DNA of 64,000 nucleotides. Source: a virus. The translations under genes were made by a program, and so were the position numbers. Positions 9,710 through 18,390 of the stretch are shown one piece after another. The notes below the pieces were generated by a model. The model did not search any database. It was given only the letters and a program-made list of their open reading frames with translations, and was not told where the DNA came from. The stretch is taken from positions 88,627 through 152,626 of IMG/VR virus record IMGVR_UViG_3300009553_000019; one strand, written 5' to 3'. Every line of letters starts with the position of its first letter. Positions within the stretch are counted from its first letter, which is position 1.

Positions 9710-9975
9710 GTAATGAAGGTTCTGTGATGTTGATTTCTGATGGAACCCCACGTGGTACTAAGCTGATTGTCAATGGTGTTTTAGTACCACTAATTCAAAA
9801 GATTGAATGGAAGGTTGAAGTTGATGGTCTAGCAACAGCAGTAGTAACCTTACTGAAGGTTCCTGTTGAGCTACAGCTTAGTCTAGATCAGGTTAAGTTG
9901 GTCGAATCTAGATCAGAGAATCCTCCAGACATTTCTCAACCAGATGCAACAACCAATAGGGATGATCGAACATGA
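9706..9975 (+). CDS. hypothetical protein
   Basis: Coupled ORF. Confidence 0.5.
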   Translation: MSNEGSVMLISDGTPRGTKLIVNGVLVPLIQKIEWKVEVDGLATAVVTLLKVPVELQLSLDQVKLVESRSENPPDISQPDATTNRDDRT

Positions 9976-10304
9976 CACCTGAAATGATACGAGAGGAGTA
10001 TCTAGACGAGCACAGGCGATGGCGTTGGGTGATGGCGAAACTTGCCTTTAAAGTTGAGACTTTCATTGCTAGAAACAACTTTGTTCGACATGCTGAACGA
10101 TCTAATAACCCTATAACTGCTCAAGAGCAGTTGAGTCATTTACTGTGGATGGGTTCAGAAGAGGGGTTAGCAGCTGCCGATAAGCCAACCAAAGCTATGA
10201 GATGGGCTTGCTGGATGCAGGGAGCGATGTGTATCTTGCGGGTCACCAATCTAGAAGAATGTAAACGATTGAACATGAGAAAGACGTGGGAGGAAAACCG
10301 ATGA
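9972..10304 (+). CDS. hypothetical protein
   Basis: Coupled ORF. Confidence 0.5.
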   Translation: MTPEMIREEYLDEHRRWRWVMAKLAFKVETFIARNNFVRHAERSNNPITAQEQLSHLLWMGSEEGLAAADKPTKAMRWACWMQGAMCILRVTNLEECKRLNMRKTWEENR

Positions 10305-10498
10305 AATGTTGGGATTATATTTGTTTGAAGGGTCATCAAAACGAAGTTTGCTTTGGTGAGCTAGATCCAAAACGGTATGAAGATACCATTCCTTGCCCTG
10401 AAGTAGGTGGCTGTGACGAGCTAGCCTCTAAGGTAAAAGTTTACAGCACACCTGCTGTAGGAACTACGGATGGTAAAGGCACTTATAAGGTTGATTGA
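10301..10498 (+). CDS. small FmdB-like zinc-ribbon protein
   Basis: WDYICLKGH...IPCPEVGGC; ATGA overlap at 10301. Confidence 0.5.
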   Translation: MKCWDYICLKGHQNEVCFGELDPKRYEDTIPCPEVGGCDELASKVKVYSTPAVGTTDGKGTYKVD

Positions 10499-12514
10499 GT
10501 GCTACAAATACATTCAGTAAATCCAACCGGGGTTGGCCCATATGGGTTTCATGAAACCATCTCATTAGATGATGGCGGATTGATCTGGCTTGAGGGTCAA
10601 AACCAAGACAAGGGTGGGTCTAACGGATCAGGAAAGACCTGGCTGTTAAACACCATTTCGATCTGTCTTTTTGGAAAGGTTGAAACTCAGGTTGGAACCG
10701 AAGTCTTAAAAGATGATGCCATCAACAACGTTTGGGGATCCGGTTGTTGTGCTAGAGTGGTTTTTACTAACAAAAATCAACAAATATGGAGAGTGACATT
10801 CTCTAGAAAGTGGAAGCAAGATCCACCGTATGAGAATGATTCACAATGTTACCCCTTTCATGGCAGTGATATTTATCTTGAGTGCTTCAATGGTGAAGAG
10901 TGGTTGGATAAACGTGAAGCTGAAATGCCAAAAACTGCAGCCAAGCTTCGCAATATTGTTGGTTGCAGTTATGAGCAGTATCTAACCACCACTTACCTGG
11001 CACAGGGTAAAGGGAAGCAGTTTATACAGGGATCACATGCACAGCGCATGGCGATCATGACTGATGTAACTGGGATAGATATCTGGGATAAGGCCGAAGC
11101 TCAGTATAAACTGGAAGCAGCTTCTTTAGAGAAGCAAATTCGAGATTTAGAACTGCAGATTGCATCGGTTAATGGTAAGATTTCTAGCACTTCAATACTT
11201 GAGGAAGGGGTATTGGCTAGCTTAAAATCTGGTCAAACTCAGCTAAAAGCCAATTTAGATGAACTTCTGTTAAACCAAACCTCGTTAGAAGCTGAACGTG
11301 TAACTAATCAGAAATGGTTGTACGAAAATCAGCTAGCTCAAAACCCGTACCCACAGCAGATTCAAAATCTACGTCAGTCAGGCAACGCTATAGCAAATGC
11401 TAGATCAGTTATTGAAGCCAGAATTAGAAACCACCCTTTGATCGAGCAGATCACCCACTCTGCAGTTTTGGGGTGGTTGGCAGCTAAGTCAGCTTATGAC
11501 AGCGCTTTAAATCAACCTGACAACTGCCCAGCCTGTAAACAACCTGTTCCTAAAATAGTCAATCTAGAAGAGCTAGAATTTTCGTTTTTAAAGGCTGAAC
11601 GGCTAGCTACTGCTTTTAGAATTAGGGATGGGGTTTGTGATGGCCTTGAACTTGCTGAAGCAAATGAAAAATGCATTCATGATCAAAAAGAAGTAGCTAG
11701 GCTAATTGCTGAGGCTGAAGCTAATAGTGTTAAGCATGATCAAGATCAAGAATCTCTGATAAAGAAAAGAGCAGAGATTGATGCACGAACCCTAGCTATT
11801 AACACGATTGTTAGCGAGATATCAAACAAGCGTGTAACTTTATCGAATCAATTAAATGAGATAGGCTTTAAAATATCACAGAATGATGTTCAGGTTAAAC
11901 AACTAGCTGAGTGGAATAACCAGTCATTAACATTGGTTAACCAACTGAATGACCTAAGGATGCATCGTGCTGAATGGGATTGGTTAAGCAAGGCATGCAG
12001 GTTAATCAAGAGCTACAAACTGGTTGGTGCAGTAGAGCGTCTTAACGAGTTGCTAGCAGAATCGTTAAAAGATCTTGATGGTAGCTTTAGTGTATACTGT
12101 AAGCCTTGGAGACCTAAACCTCAAGCTCTGAAGAAACCTGAACTGGATTGGCAACCTGACGACGTAATCCAGGATTTCACCGTGTTTGTCTCAGAAGGAG
12201 ATAAGAAAGAAGTCCCTCTGGGTCTGTACAGTGGTGGGGAAGTTAGTATCATAGCTCTCGCTTTTCTTGTAGCGTTTTGGAGATTGTCAAGTGAACTGGG
12301 ATCAGGTAGTAATCTACTAGCTCTAGACGAGACCTTTGGTGCTTTAGATTCGAGAAACTCTCAGATTGTTGCAAACTTCTTAGAGACGTTAAGAGGGACT
12401 GGAAAGACGGTTTTGGTGATTTCTCACGCACAAGTTATCGATCAAGTTAATTGGGATCAGCGTTGGGTAGTAAAGAAGCAAAATGGTATGTCGAATCTGG
12501 AGAAGGTTGTATGA
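10499..12514 (+). CDS. sbcC: SbcC/Rad50-like ABC ATPase
   Basis: Walker A NGSGKT, Q-loop YLAQG, coiled coil with zinc hook CPAC, YSGGE signature, LALDETFGALD, ISH. Confidence 0.93.
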   Translation: MLQIHSVNPTGVGPYGFHETISLDDGGLIWLEGQNQDKGGSNGSGKTWLLNTISICLFGKVETQVGTEVLKDDAINNVWGSGCCARVVFTNKNQQIWRVTFSRKWKQDPPYENDSQCYPFHGSDIYLECFNGEEWLDKREAEMPKTAAKLRNIVGCSYEQYLTTTYLAQGKGKQFIQGSHAQRMAIMTDVTGIDIWDKAEAQYKLEAASLEKQIRDLELQIASVNGKISSTSILEEGVLASLKSGQTQLKANLDELLLNQTSLEAERVTNQKWLYENQLAQNPYPQQIQNLRQSGNAIANARSVIEARIRNHPLIEQITHSAVLGWLAAKSAYDSALNQPDNCPACKQPVPKIVNLEELEFSFLKAERLATAFRIRDGVCDGLELAEANEKCIHDQKEVARLIAEAEANSVKHDQDQESLIKKRAEIDARTLAINTIVSEISNKRVTLSNQLNEIGFKISQNDVQVKQLAEWNNQSLTLVNQLNDLRMHRAEWDWLSKACRLIKSYKLVGAVERLNELLAESLKDLDGSFSVYCKPWRPKPQALKKPELDWQPDDVIQDFTVFVSEGDKKEVPLGLYSGGEVSIIALAFLVAFWRLSSELGSGSNLLALDETFGALDSRNSQIVANFLETLRGTGKTVLVISHAQVIDQVNWDQRWVVKKQNGMSNLEKVV

Positions 12515-13302
12515 CTGAAGAAGAAATCAAAAAGTTTTTTAAGTTTGTAGGTTTGCCTTGTGGTCCTCAATGTGAACGTTGCACGACAGAGTATGCATTC
12601 GAATACCTAGATGGTCCTGATGGCACTTCTTTTGCTTTCTCTAAGGTTACCGGTTCAAAAGTAATTCCTGATGTTCAAAAGACGATGATGTTGGCATGTA
12701 TCCAACTCAACTCAGAATACCCCTTTTCGTATTTATGTGAGTCTTGTGGATCATCGATACAATCTGGCATTGAACCTTCAAGTGAAGTACTAGAGAAGGT
12801 TCGAGTGTTTAAGCAAACATTACGAGAACAGGTTTCCGAGTTTCACAGATTAGGTGAACACCTTATCGCTAAGTCGCCTAGCATCCCTAATCAAGAAACA
12901 ATCTTGCTTAGAGCGGCCTTAGTCGCTGAAGAGGCTTTTGAATTACTAGATGCTTTGTTGCCAGGGCAAACGGGGTTACAAGGTAGGTTATCCAAGGCTA
13001 AAGCTAATCTTGATTTGCTTTTTAGCGAAATACGAGATGGTTTTGTAAGACAAACTGAACCACCAAACTTGATCGAGCTAGCAGATGCTTGTGCTGATTT
13101 AGATTATGTGGTCGAAGGTACTCGATTAACATTCGGCATCAATGGTAAACCAATTGCAGATGCAGTTCACTTAGCAAACTTAGCGAAGTTTGGACCCGGA
13201 TCATATAAGAAACCAAATGGTAAGATTGGCAAACCACCTGACTGGAAACCACCGGATATTGAAGCAGAGTTGATTAAGCAAGGTTGGGTAAAAGTATCAT
13301 GA
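12511..13302 (+). CDS. MazG/PRA-PH-like NTP pyrophosphohydrolase with N-terminal Zn domain
   Basis: VSEFH, LRAALVAEEAFEL, ELADACADLDYV, VHLANLAK, GKIGKPPDWKPP. Confidence 0.85.
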   Translation: MTEEEIKKFFKFVGLPCGPQCERCTTEYAFEYLDGPDGTSFAFSKVTGSKVIPDVQKTMMLACIQLNSEYPFSYLCESCGSSIQSGIEPSSEVLEKVRVFKQTLREQVSEFHRLGEHLIAKSPSIPNQETILLRAALVAEEAFELLDALLPGQTGLQGRLSKAKANLDLLFSEIRDGFVRQTEPPNLIELADACADLDYVVEGTRLTFGINGKPIADAVHLANLAKFGPGSYKKPNGKIGKPPDWKPPDIEAELIKQGWVKVS

Positions 13303-13883
13303 TTCTTAGTGATATCGATCTTAAGAATGAGCTGGAGTTAGTTAACTATGAGAACAACACTTACACGCAGTCTTTCATTGTAGGTGTTTTTAATGGGGTT
13401 GGCGAACCATTGATGCCAGAACAGATTCAGCCAGCGTCAATAGATCTTCGACTAGGCAAGACGTTTTTGGTTCCAAAACCTGATGCAACAACACATTTAG
13501 ACTTGAGAGAAGGAGTTCCAAACGATTACTATCAGCAAGTAGAATTAGCTGAAGGTGATTGTTTTGTTCTTCATCCTAACGAATTCGTGTTGGGAACGAC
13601 TCTAGAGTGGGTGAGAATGCCTAAGCATCTAGCAGCTTCTGTTGATGGTAGAAGCTCTATTGGAAGGTTAGGTGTTTGCGCACATGTAACCGCAGGATTC
13701 ATAGACCCAGGCTTCGAAGGGCAGATAACACTAGAGATGGTCAACTTTGGCAAAGTTGCAGTAAAACTTTGGCCTGGTTTCAGAGTTTGTCAGTTGGTCG
13801 TAAGTATGCTTTACACTGAGTGTTCAAAAGGCTATCAGGGAAGGTACCAAGGCCAAGTTGGTGCTACAGGAAGTAGAGTATGA
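13299..13883 (+). CDS. dcd: dCTP deaminase
   Basis: IQPASIDLRLG, GRSSIGRLG, TAGFIDPGFEGQITLE, YQGQ. Confidence 0.95.
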   Translation: MILSDIDLKNELELVNYENNTYTQSFIVGVFNGVGEPLMPEQIQPASIDLRLGKTFLVPKPDATTHLDLREGVPNDYYQQVELAEGDCFVLHPNEFVLGTTLEWVRMPKHLAASVDGRSSIGRLGVCAHVTAGFIDPGFEGQITLEMVNFGKVAVKLWPGFRVCQLVVSMLYTECSKGYQGRYQGQVGATGSRV

Positions 13884-14131
13884 GAAGGACTACTAACGCT
13901 AGCATGCTAGCTGCAGATAAAGCAGAAGCTGAGAAACCAGCTGTTAAACGATCTGGCTTAGTTCAGTTCTGTTTAGTCGGTATAGATGATGCAGTTTTAC
14001 TAGATGGCAGATTTAAAGATAAGCGAGTTTCAGAGCTTATCAATTCTGTTGAAGGTCGAGATTACTTAGGGGATATTTGGAATAGTTCCTCAGAAGAGCT
14101 TAGAGTTGTTTTGAGAAAGGTTTTTGCATGA
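13880..14131 (+). CDS. hypothetical protein
   Basis: Coupled ORF; GRFKDKRVSE..GRDYL motif. Confidence 0.5.
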   Translation: MRRTTNASMLAADKAEAEKPAVKRSGLVQFCLVGIDDAVLLDGRFKDKRVSELINSVEGRDYLGDIWNSSSEELRVVLRKVFA

Positions 14132-14835
14132 AGCTTATAGGGATTAGTGGCTTAGCTGGTAGTGGAAAAGATACCGTAGCAGATATCTTAGTCAAAGATT
14201 ATGGTTTTGTCAAGATTAGCCTTTCCGATGAGTTGAAACGAATTTGTAAATCTGTCTACGACTTTACTGACGAACAGCTATGGGGATCTTCTGAAAAACG
14301 AAGTGAGCCAGATCAGAGATATCCTCGAAAATGTTCAATGTTTGAGAATCAAAATGGTCGAGTTGTGCCATGTGAGTTATGTTCAGGTACTGGTGTTGTT
14401 TATTTAACCGCTAGACATGCACTTCAAACTTTAGGTACCGAATGGGGAAGGGATCTCTGTTTCCCAAAAACCTGGACAGAATTTTTATTTCGACAGGTTA
14501 GACAGCTTGAAGAAAATCCCCACCTAACCTATAATCAAAAGAAGGGTTTAATTGGTAAGACAAATCCTTTTACTGATCCGGTGAAGGGTGTAGTAGTTCC
14601 AGACCTGCGTTTTAAAAATGAAATCAATGAATTTGTTGCATATCCTGGAACATCACTGATACGAATTACGAGACCTGGTTCTGGTCTTCAAGGTGCTGCT
14701 GGATTGCATATTTCAGAACAACAAATGTCAGAGATACCCAACTCAGCTTTTTCATGTGTGTTGGACAATTCTGGTTCATTAGATGATCTCAAAGCAAAAG
14801 TTTACACCCTTTTAACGGAATCTTATGGAGATTAG
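14128..14835 (+). CDS. deoxynucleoside monophosphate kinase
   Basis: GISGLAGSGKDT, RHALQTLGTEWGR, DLRFKNE, HISE. Confidence 0.9.
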   Translation: MKLIGISGLAGSGKDTVADILVKDYGFVKISLSDELKRICKSVYDFTDEQLWGSSEKRSEPDQRYPRKCSMFENQNGRVVPCELCSGTGVVYLTARHALQTLGTEWGRDLCFPKTWTEFLFRQVRQLEENPHLTYNQKKGLIGKTNPFTDPVKGVVVPDLRFKNEINEFVAYPGTSLIRITRPGSGLQGAAGLHISEQQMSEIPNSAFSCVLDNSGSLDDLKAKVYTLLTESYGD

Positions 14836-15913
14836 GGTTAAGCAAGGAGTTACGAATTGGTTTGAATTTGCTATCGAACCTTTTCCTTATACCCGTCTTG
14901 TAAAGAATAGTCGCTGGACTTCTGGACCAGATAGCCAAGAGCAGAAGTATATCCAGTGGAAAGAAGACTTTAGAAACCTTTATGGAGCTCTTGATTACAA
15001 TGGTTATGAGTTTATCCCTTATCACGAACCATTATCGATTGGGGCCCTTTTTAGAGTAAGTACGAACTGGGCTGGTAAAGATGTCGACAATCTGGTCAAA
15101 GCAGTCTCGGACTGTCTCAACCCATCTCGTAGAAAAGACTACAGTGATTTAGCTACATTTGCTTGGGTTGACGATAAACAGATCAAATGCATCAACCAAG
15201 TAAAGAGTTATCAAGGCGATGGCTTGATCCAGTTTGGTATCACACCAATGTGGGGTCGAATAGATCCCATGATCAATTTTGTTGAAGGGCATGCAAACTG
15301 GGACGCAGATGGTTTGTGTAGCTTACAGACCTATATCTGCGAAAGCACTTTAAGCTATACCTGGCAGCTGCAGTTACAAGCTGGAGATAGACAGGTTCTT
15401 AATGAAAATTGGGACCCTACCTGTAGTGATCTTTACACCTTCTATGTCTGGCCACAACTGTATAAAGACCGTTACCAAGCCTTTTTAAGGCCTGAATCGA
15501 TCATCTTGTTACGATTGATTCAGTCAATCCCAAGAATGACTTTTGAGACTGGATTGAAGGTTTTACAAAACAGGTGGGGTCAAGTTCAAGAGGGTTGGGA
15601 AACTGGAAACGGTGCTCTCTGGAAATCTGATGGGCTTTCACAGGTTAAAGCCCAAGCGGTTTTGGATGCAGTGAGATCAGTAACTAAGGATCCGGTATCA
15701 TATTTCCAAGTTCTTCAATCAAATTTTAATCAGGTCATGTTCAACAAAACTGCGGAAGATATTTCACAGCAGTTCTCAATTCCGTGGGGTAGCGTTAGAG
15801 TAACTTTACGCGATATGAACCTTGACTGGAAATCTAAGAAATCTCCTGACATTATCCTGAACCTGTTTGAAGAGAGAGCTAATAAACGTGAGCAAGTCAA
15901 ATCTAAAGCCTGA
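14825..15913 (+). CDS. RusA-family Holliday junction resolvase fused to a RuvA-like region
   Basis: RusA motifs DVDNLVKAVSD and WVDDKQI; from MINFVEG onward the spacing resembles the RuvA OB fold plus two degenerate HhH motifs. Confidence 0.7.
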   Translation: MEIRVKQGVTNWFEFAIEPFPYTRLVKNSRWTSGPDSQEQKYIQWKEDFRNLYGALDYNGYEFIPYHEPLSIGALFRVSTNWAGKDVDNLVKAVSDCLNPSRRKDYSDLATFAWVDDKQIKCINQVKSYQGDGLIQFGITPMWGRIDPMINFVEGHANWDADGLCSLQTYICESTLSYTWQLQLQAGDRQVLNENWDPTCSDLYTFYVWPQLYKDRYQAFLRPESIILLRLIQSIPRMTFETGLKVLQNRWGQVQEGWETGNGALWKSDGLSQVKAQAVLDAVRSVTKDPVSYFQVLQSNFNQVMFNKTAEDISQQFSIPWGSVRVTLRDMNLDWKSKKSPDIILNLFEERANKREQVKSKA

Positions 15914-17117
15914 TGCTATCCCATTCAACTTTGAAACTGTTTTCGAGATTTCAGAGATCCAGGCTTACTGCAACGACTTTTGGATAGCTCAAGATGCAGC
16001 CAATAAAGAGCAAGGGCTGACTGTTACTCGTGAAGAGTTTGAAAGAGGGCCTAGCTCAAAACCCCACGATACTAAGTGGCATGCTTATCGTCAGTTGTTA
16101 GAAGATCTGTATCGACGAGAAATAGTCGAATCGACATATCCAGATACAGATGTTATCATGCTTGGAGATTTTTCGATTGAAGAGGCTGGAACTGAATTGT
16201 TAATGTTTGGTCAAGCTTACTTGATACCAGACTTTAAGTTTTCTGAGAGAGTGATACAGAAACTCTCATCTAGGGAAATGTCTGTCAAACATCGGACTGT
16301 TTCTCAGCAAGAGATCGATCAATCAGTTAACAAGGTTCTTGAATCTTTGTTAGCAAATCATAGTCTTGAACGAGAAAAGATTCACCCATTTGGCGCTGAA
16401 GTCCAAATTGAGGAAGGGGATTTGGTATTAGCAACTATTCGACCAACCATCAACGGCGAGATTTGGAAGGTGGGGGTTTTAGATCGCGGAAAGATGCGTA
16501 TCGTTCGAGGTGGTTTGCATCCAGAAGCTTTTAGAGAACAGTTGATTGGAAAGACAGTTGGCTCTCATAATGTATCATTTGTCCTGGATTCAAAGTTTGG
16601 CAGTGACGAAGGATCTACGGTTGAAACTACTGTAACTATCCATGCAATTCTATCGTACGTTTTGCCAGACTGGACTAATGATTTAGCTCAGAAATTTGGT
16701 AGTGAGACTGTTGATCAGTTAAAAGCCACAGTTAGAGCAAAGTGCGAATCTAATCTTAAGCAGCATTGGGAAGCTTCGGTGGTTACTGAGCTGTTTCCCC
16801 AGATTATGGATAACTCTGAATGTGGGGTTATTCCGATGGCTATGATTCTGACAAAAACTAAGGAATTATTAGATAATTGGTTAAAACGGTCTAAAGTAGA
16901 GGATCTCTACAAGGCATATAATGTAGCTTCTGAAAGAGAACTCATTGCTAGGCTGAAGTTAGAGGTTCAAGATGAGCTTTCTCATTACGTTTTGATGTGG
17001 AATTTAGGTAAAGTTCTTGGAGTCGAACGTAAGAAAGAAGAGAGCTTAGGAAACTCGAAAGCCTACATGCAGAGGGTTACAAGTAAGGTGGCTTCTTTGG
17101 TAGAGGTTGTTTCTTGA
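15888..17117 (+). CDS. tig: trigger factor-like chaperone
   Basis: EGDLVL.TI..TINGE, F.EQLIG, VTIHAI..VLPDWTNDLAQKFG.ETVDQLK..VR: trigger-factor FKBP and C-terminal domain pattern; about 410 aa. Confidence 0.75.
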   Translation: MSKSNLKPDAIPFNFETVFEISEIQAYCNDFWIAQDAANKEQGLTVTREEFERGPSSKPHDTKWHAYRQLLEDLYRREIVESTYPDTDVIMLGDFSIEEAGTELLMFGQAYLIPDFKFSERVIQKLSSREMSVKHRTVSQQEIDQSVNKVLESLLANHSLEREKIHPFGAEVQIEEGDLVLATIRPTINGEIWKVGVLDRGKMRIVRGGLHPEAFREQLIGKTVGSHNVSFVLDSKFGSDEGSTVETTVTIHAILSYVLPDWTNDLAQKFGSETVDQLKATVRAKCESNLKQHWEASVVTELFPQIMDNSECGVIPMAMILTKTKELLDNWLKRSKVEDLYKAYNVASERELIARLKLEVQDELSHYVLMWNLGKVLGVERKKEESLGNSKAYMQRVTSKVASLVEVVS

Positions 17118-17350
17118 CAATTCAAGACGATGCTGCTAATGTTTTAGCAAAGACTGAAACTACGATGAAAGATCGGGTAGCTGCAATAAAACAGCACTTG
17201 CATTCATTGGTTGATAAGATTGAGCTTAGCAATTTTCATCTTGTAGTGAATGGTGAACATTTACACGTTCAGTGGGATGCTAATATCCCACCAACCCTAT
17301 ACACCCTAACCAACCAGCTGGAAGCCCATCTCAAACCTCAAATCTGGTGA
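17114..17350 (+). CDS. hypothetical protein
   Basis: Coupled ORF (TTGA overlap). Confidence 0.45.
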   Translation: MTIQDDAANVLAKTETTMKDRVAAIKQHLHSLVDKIELSNFHLVVNGEHLHVQWDANIPPTLYTLTNQLEAHLKPQIW

Positions 17351-17957
17351 GCTTTCACCTGTAGTTCTTAAGCCAGGGGAATCACGGTTAGAGAGTGATT
17401 TATTCTGTCACACTTATGACTGTAAAACTCCGATCTGTTTTGATGGGGATGATTGCTTAACTCTGTACTGCCACCCCTGCAGAGCAGACCTTTCTTCGAA
17501 ATCTGTTCAAATTATTACTGAGTTTGGTCAACCACTTAATGAGATCTTAGAAGAGTCTTCTAACAGATTTTTTACTGCTCAGCAAATTGCTGATTATCTT
17601 TGTGTTAGCCAACCCACGCTATATGCGTGGATTAGAAAACACCTAGGCCTATCTTTTCGACAATTTAAGCGTAAATTTATCTGTGCAAAAAACGTTTGCA
17701 TAGTTGTTGATCATGGAGCTAACGACTATAGTTGGAAGTATACGATGGCAGATCGCATACATCAACAAAAAGGTTGTGTATGCTTTATAGAAGAATCAAC
17801 AACTTTAATGATGACTACGTTACCAGTATCAGAGTTGTCTGAAGTTTTAAAAGCTGAGGTTCCACTTGATAAAGAAACGGGTCTTAGACATATTCGATAC
17901 CCGGTTCGACTCCCCATCGTTAGAGGAACATCTGGTGGTTCCGGTAGTCGCTACTGA
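17310..17957 (+). CDS. Cys-rich HTH DNA-binding protein; true start unresolved
   Basis: Frame open 17310-17957 encoding FTAQQIADYLCVSQPTLYAWIRKHLGLSFRQFK (HTH), upstream of the first ATG at 17745. Confidence 0.55.
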   Translation, partial: PTSWKPISNLKSGELSPVVLKPGESRLESDLFCHTYDCKTPICFDGDDCLTLYCHPCRADLSSKSVQIITEFGQPLNEILEESSNRFFTAQQIADYLCVSQPTLYAWIRKHLGLSFRQFKRKFICAKNVCIVVDHGANDYSWKYTMADRIHQQKGCVCFIEESTTLMMTTLPVSELSEVLKAEVPLDKETGLRHIRYPVRLPIVRGTSGGSGSRY

Positions 17958-18294
17958 TTCTGAACAGGTTGCAAAACCCTCAACTAGGGGCGAATGTGCT
18001 AACATTATTCGCCCCTGTCCTTATGTTAGCTGCAGACATAATCTTTACCTTGAGGTTGACAAGAAAGGAGGGATTGTCGAAAGATTCTCTGACCCAAGCG
18101 AAGTGCCACCTAATCAAAGTTGTACGTTAGATATTGTAGATGAGTTTGGCATGTTAGACCCACCAGAAATAGGAAGGGTGATGGGTCTAACGCCCCACGC
18201 AGTTGGAGCTATTGAGGCTGCAGGATTAAGAAATTTACGAAGCTATCGAACTGCAACGAAGCTTTATAGGATAAGACGCAGCTGGGATAGTTAG
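17866..18294 (+). CDS. Zn-binding protein with sigma-70 region 4-like HTH
   Basis: TRGEC...RPCPYVSCRHNLYL...SCTLD, then EIGRVMGLT..AVGAIEAAGLRNLR. Confidence 0.7.
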   Translation: MIKKRVLDIFDTRFDSPSLEEHLVVPVVATDSEQVAKPSTRGECANIIRPCPYVSCRHNLYLEVDKKGGIVERFSDPSEVPPNQSCTLDIVDEFGMLDPPEIGRVMGLTPHAVGAIEAAGLRNLRSYRTATKLYRIRRSWDS

Positions 18295-18390
18295 AAATTT
18301 TCTCATAACTTCAGTTCTTCAGAGCTTACAACAATAGTCTAGAGTGTAGGGAAGATCATCCCTGTCTCTTTTCTTGTATCTGGAGTTAAG

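Noticed and set aside
1-18300. Bacterial chromosomal origin for recA, dnaX, tig and dcd
   Set aside because: The genes are divergent, interleaved with phage-type genes, and co-directional with a terminase and many small orphan ORFs; there is no bacterial operon context.
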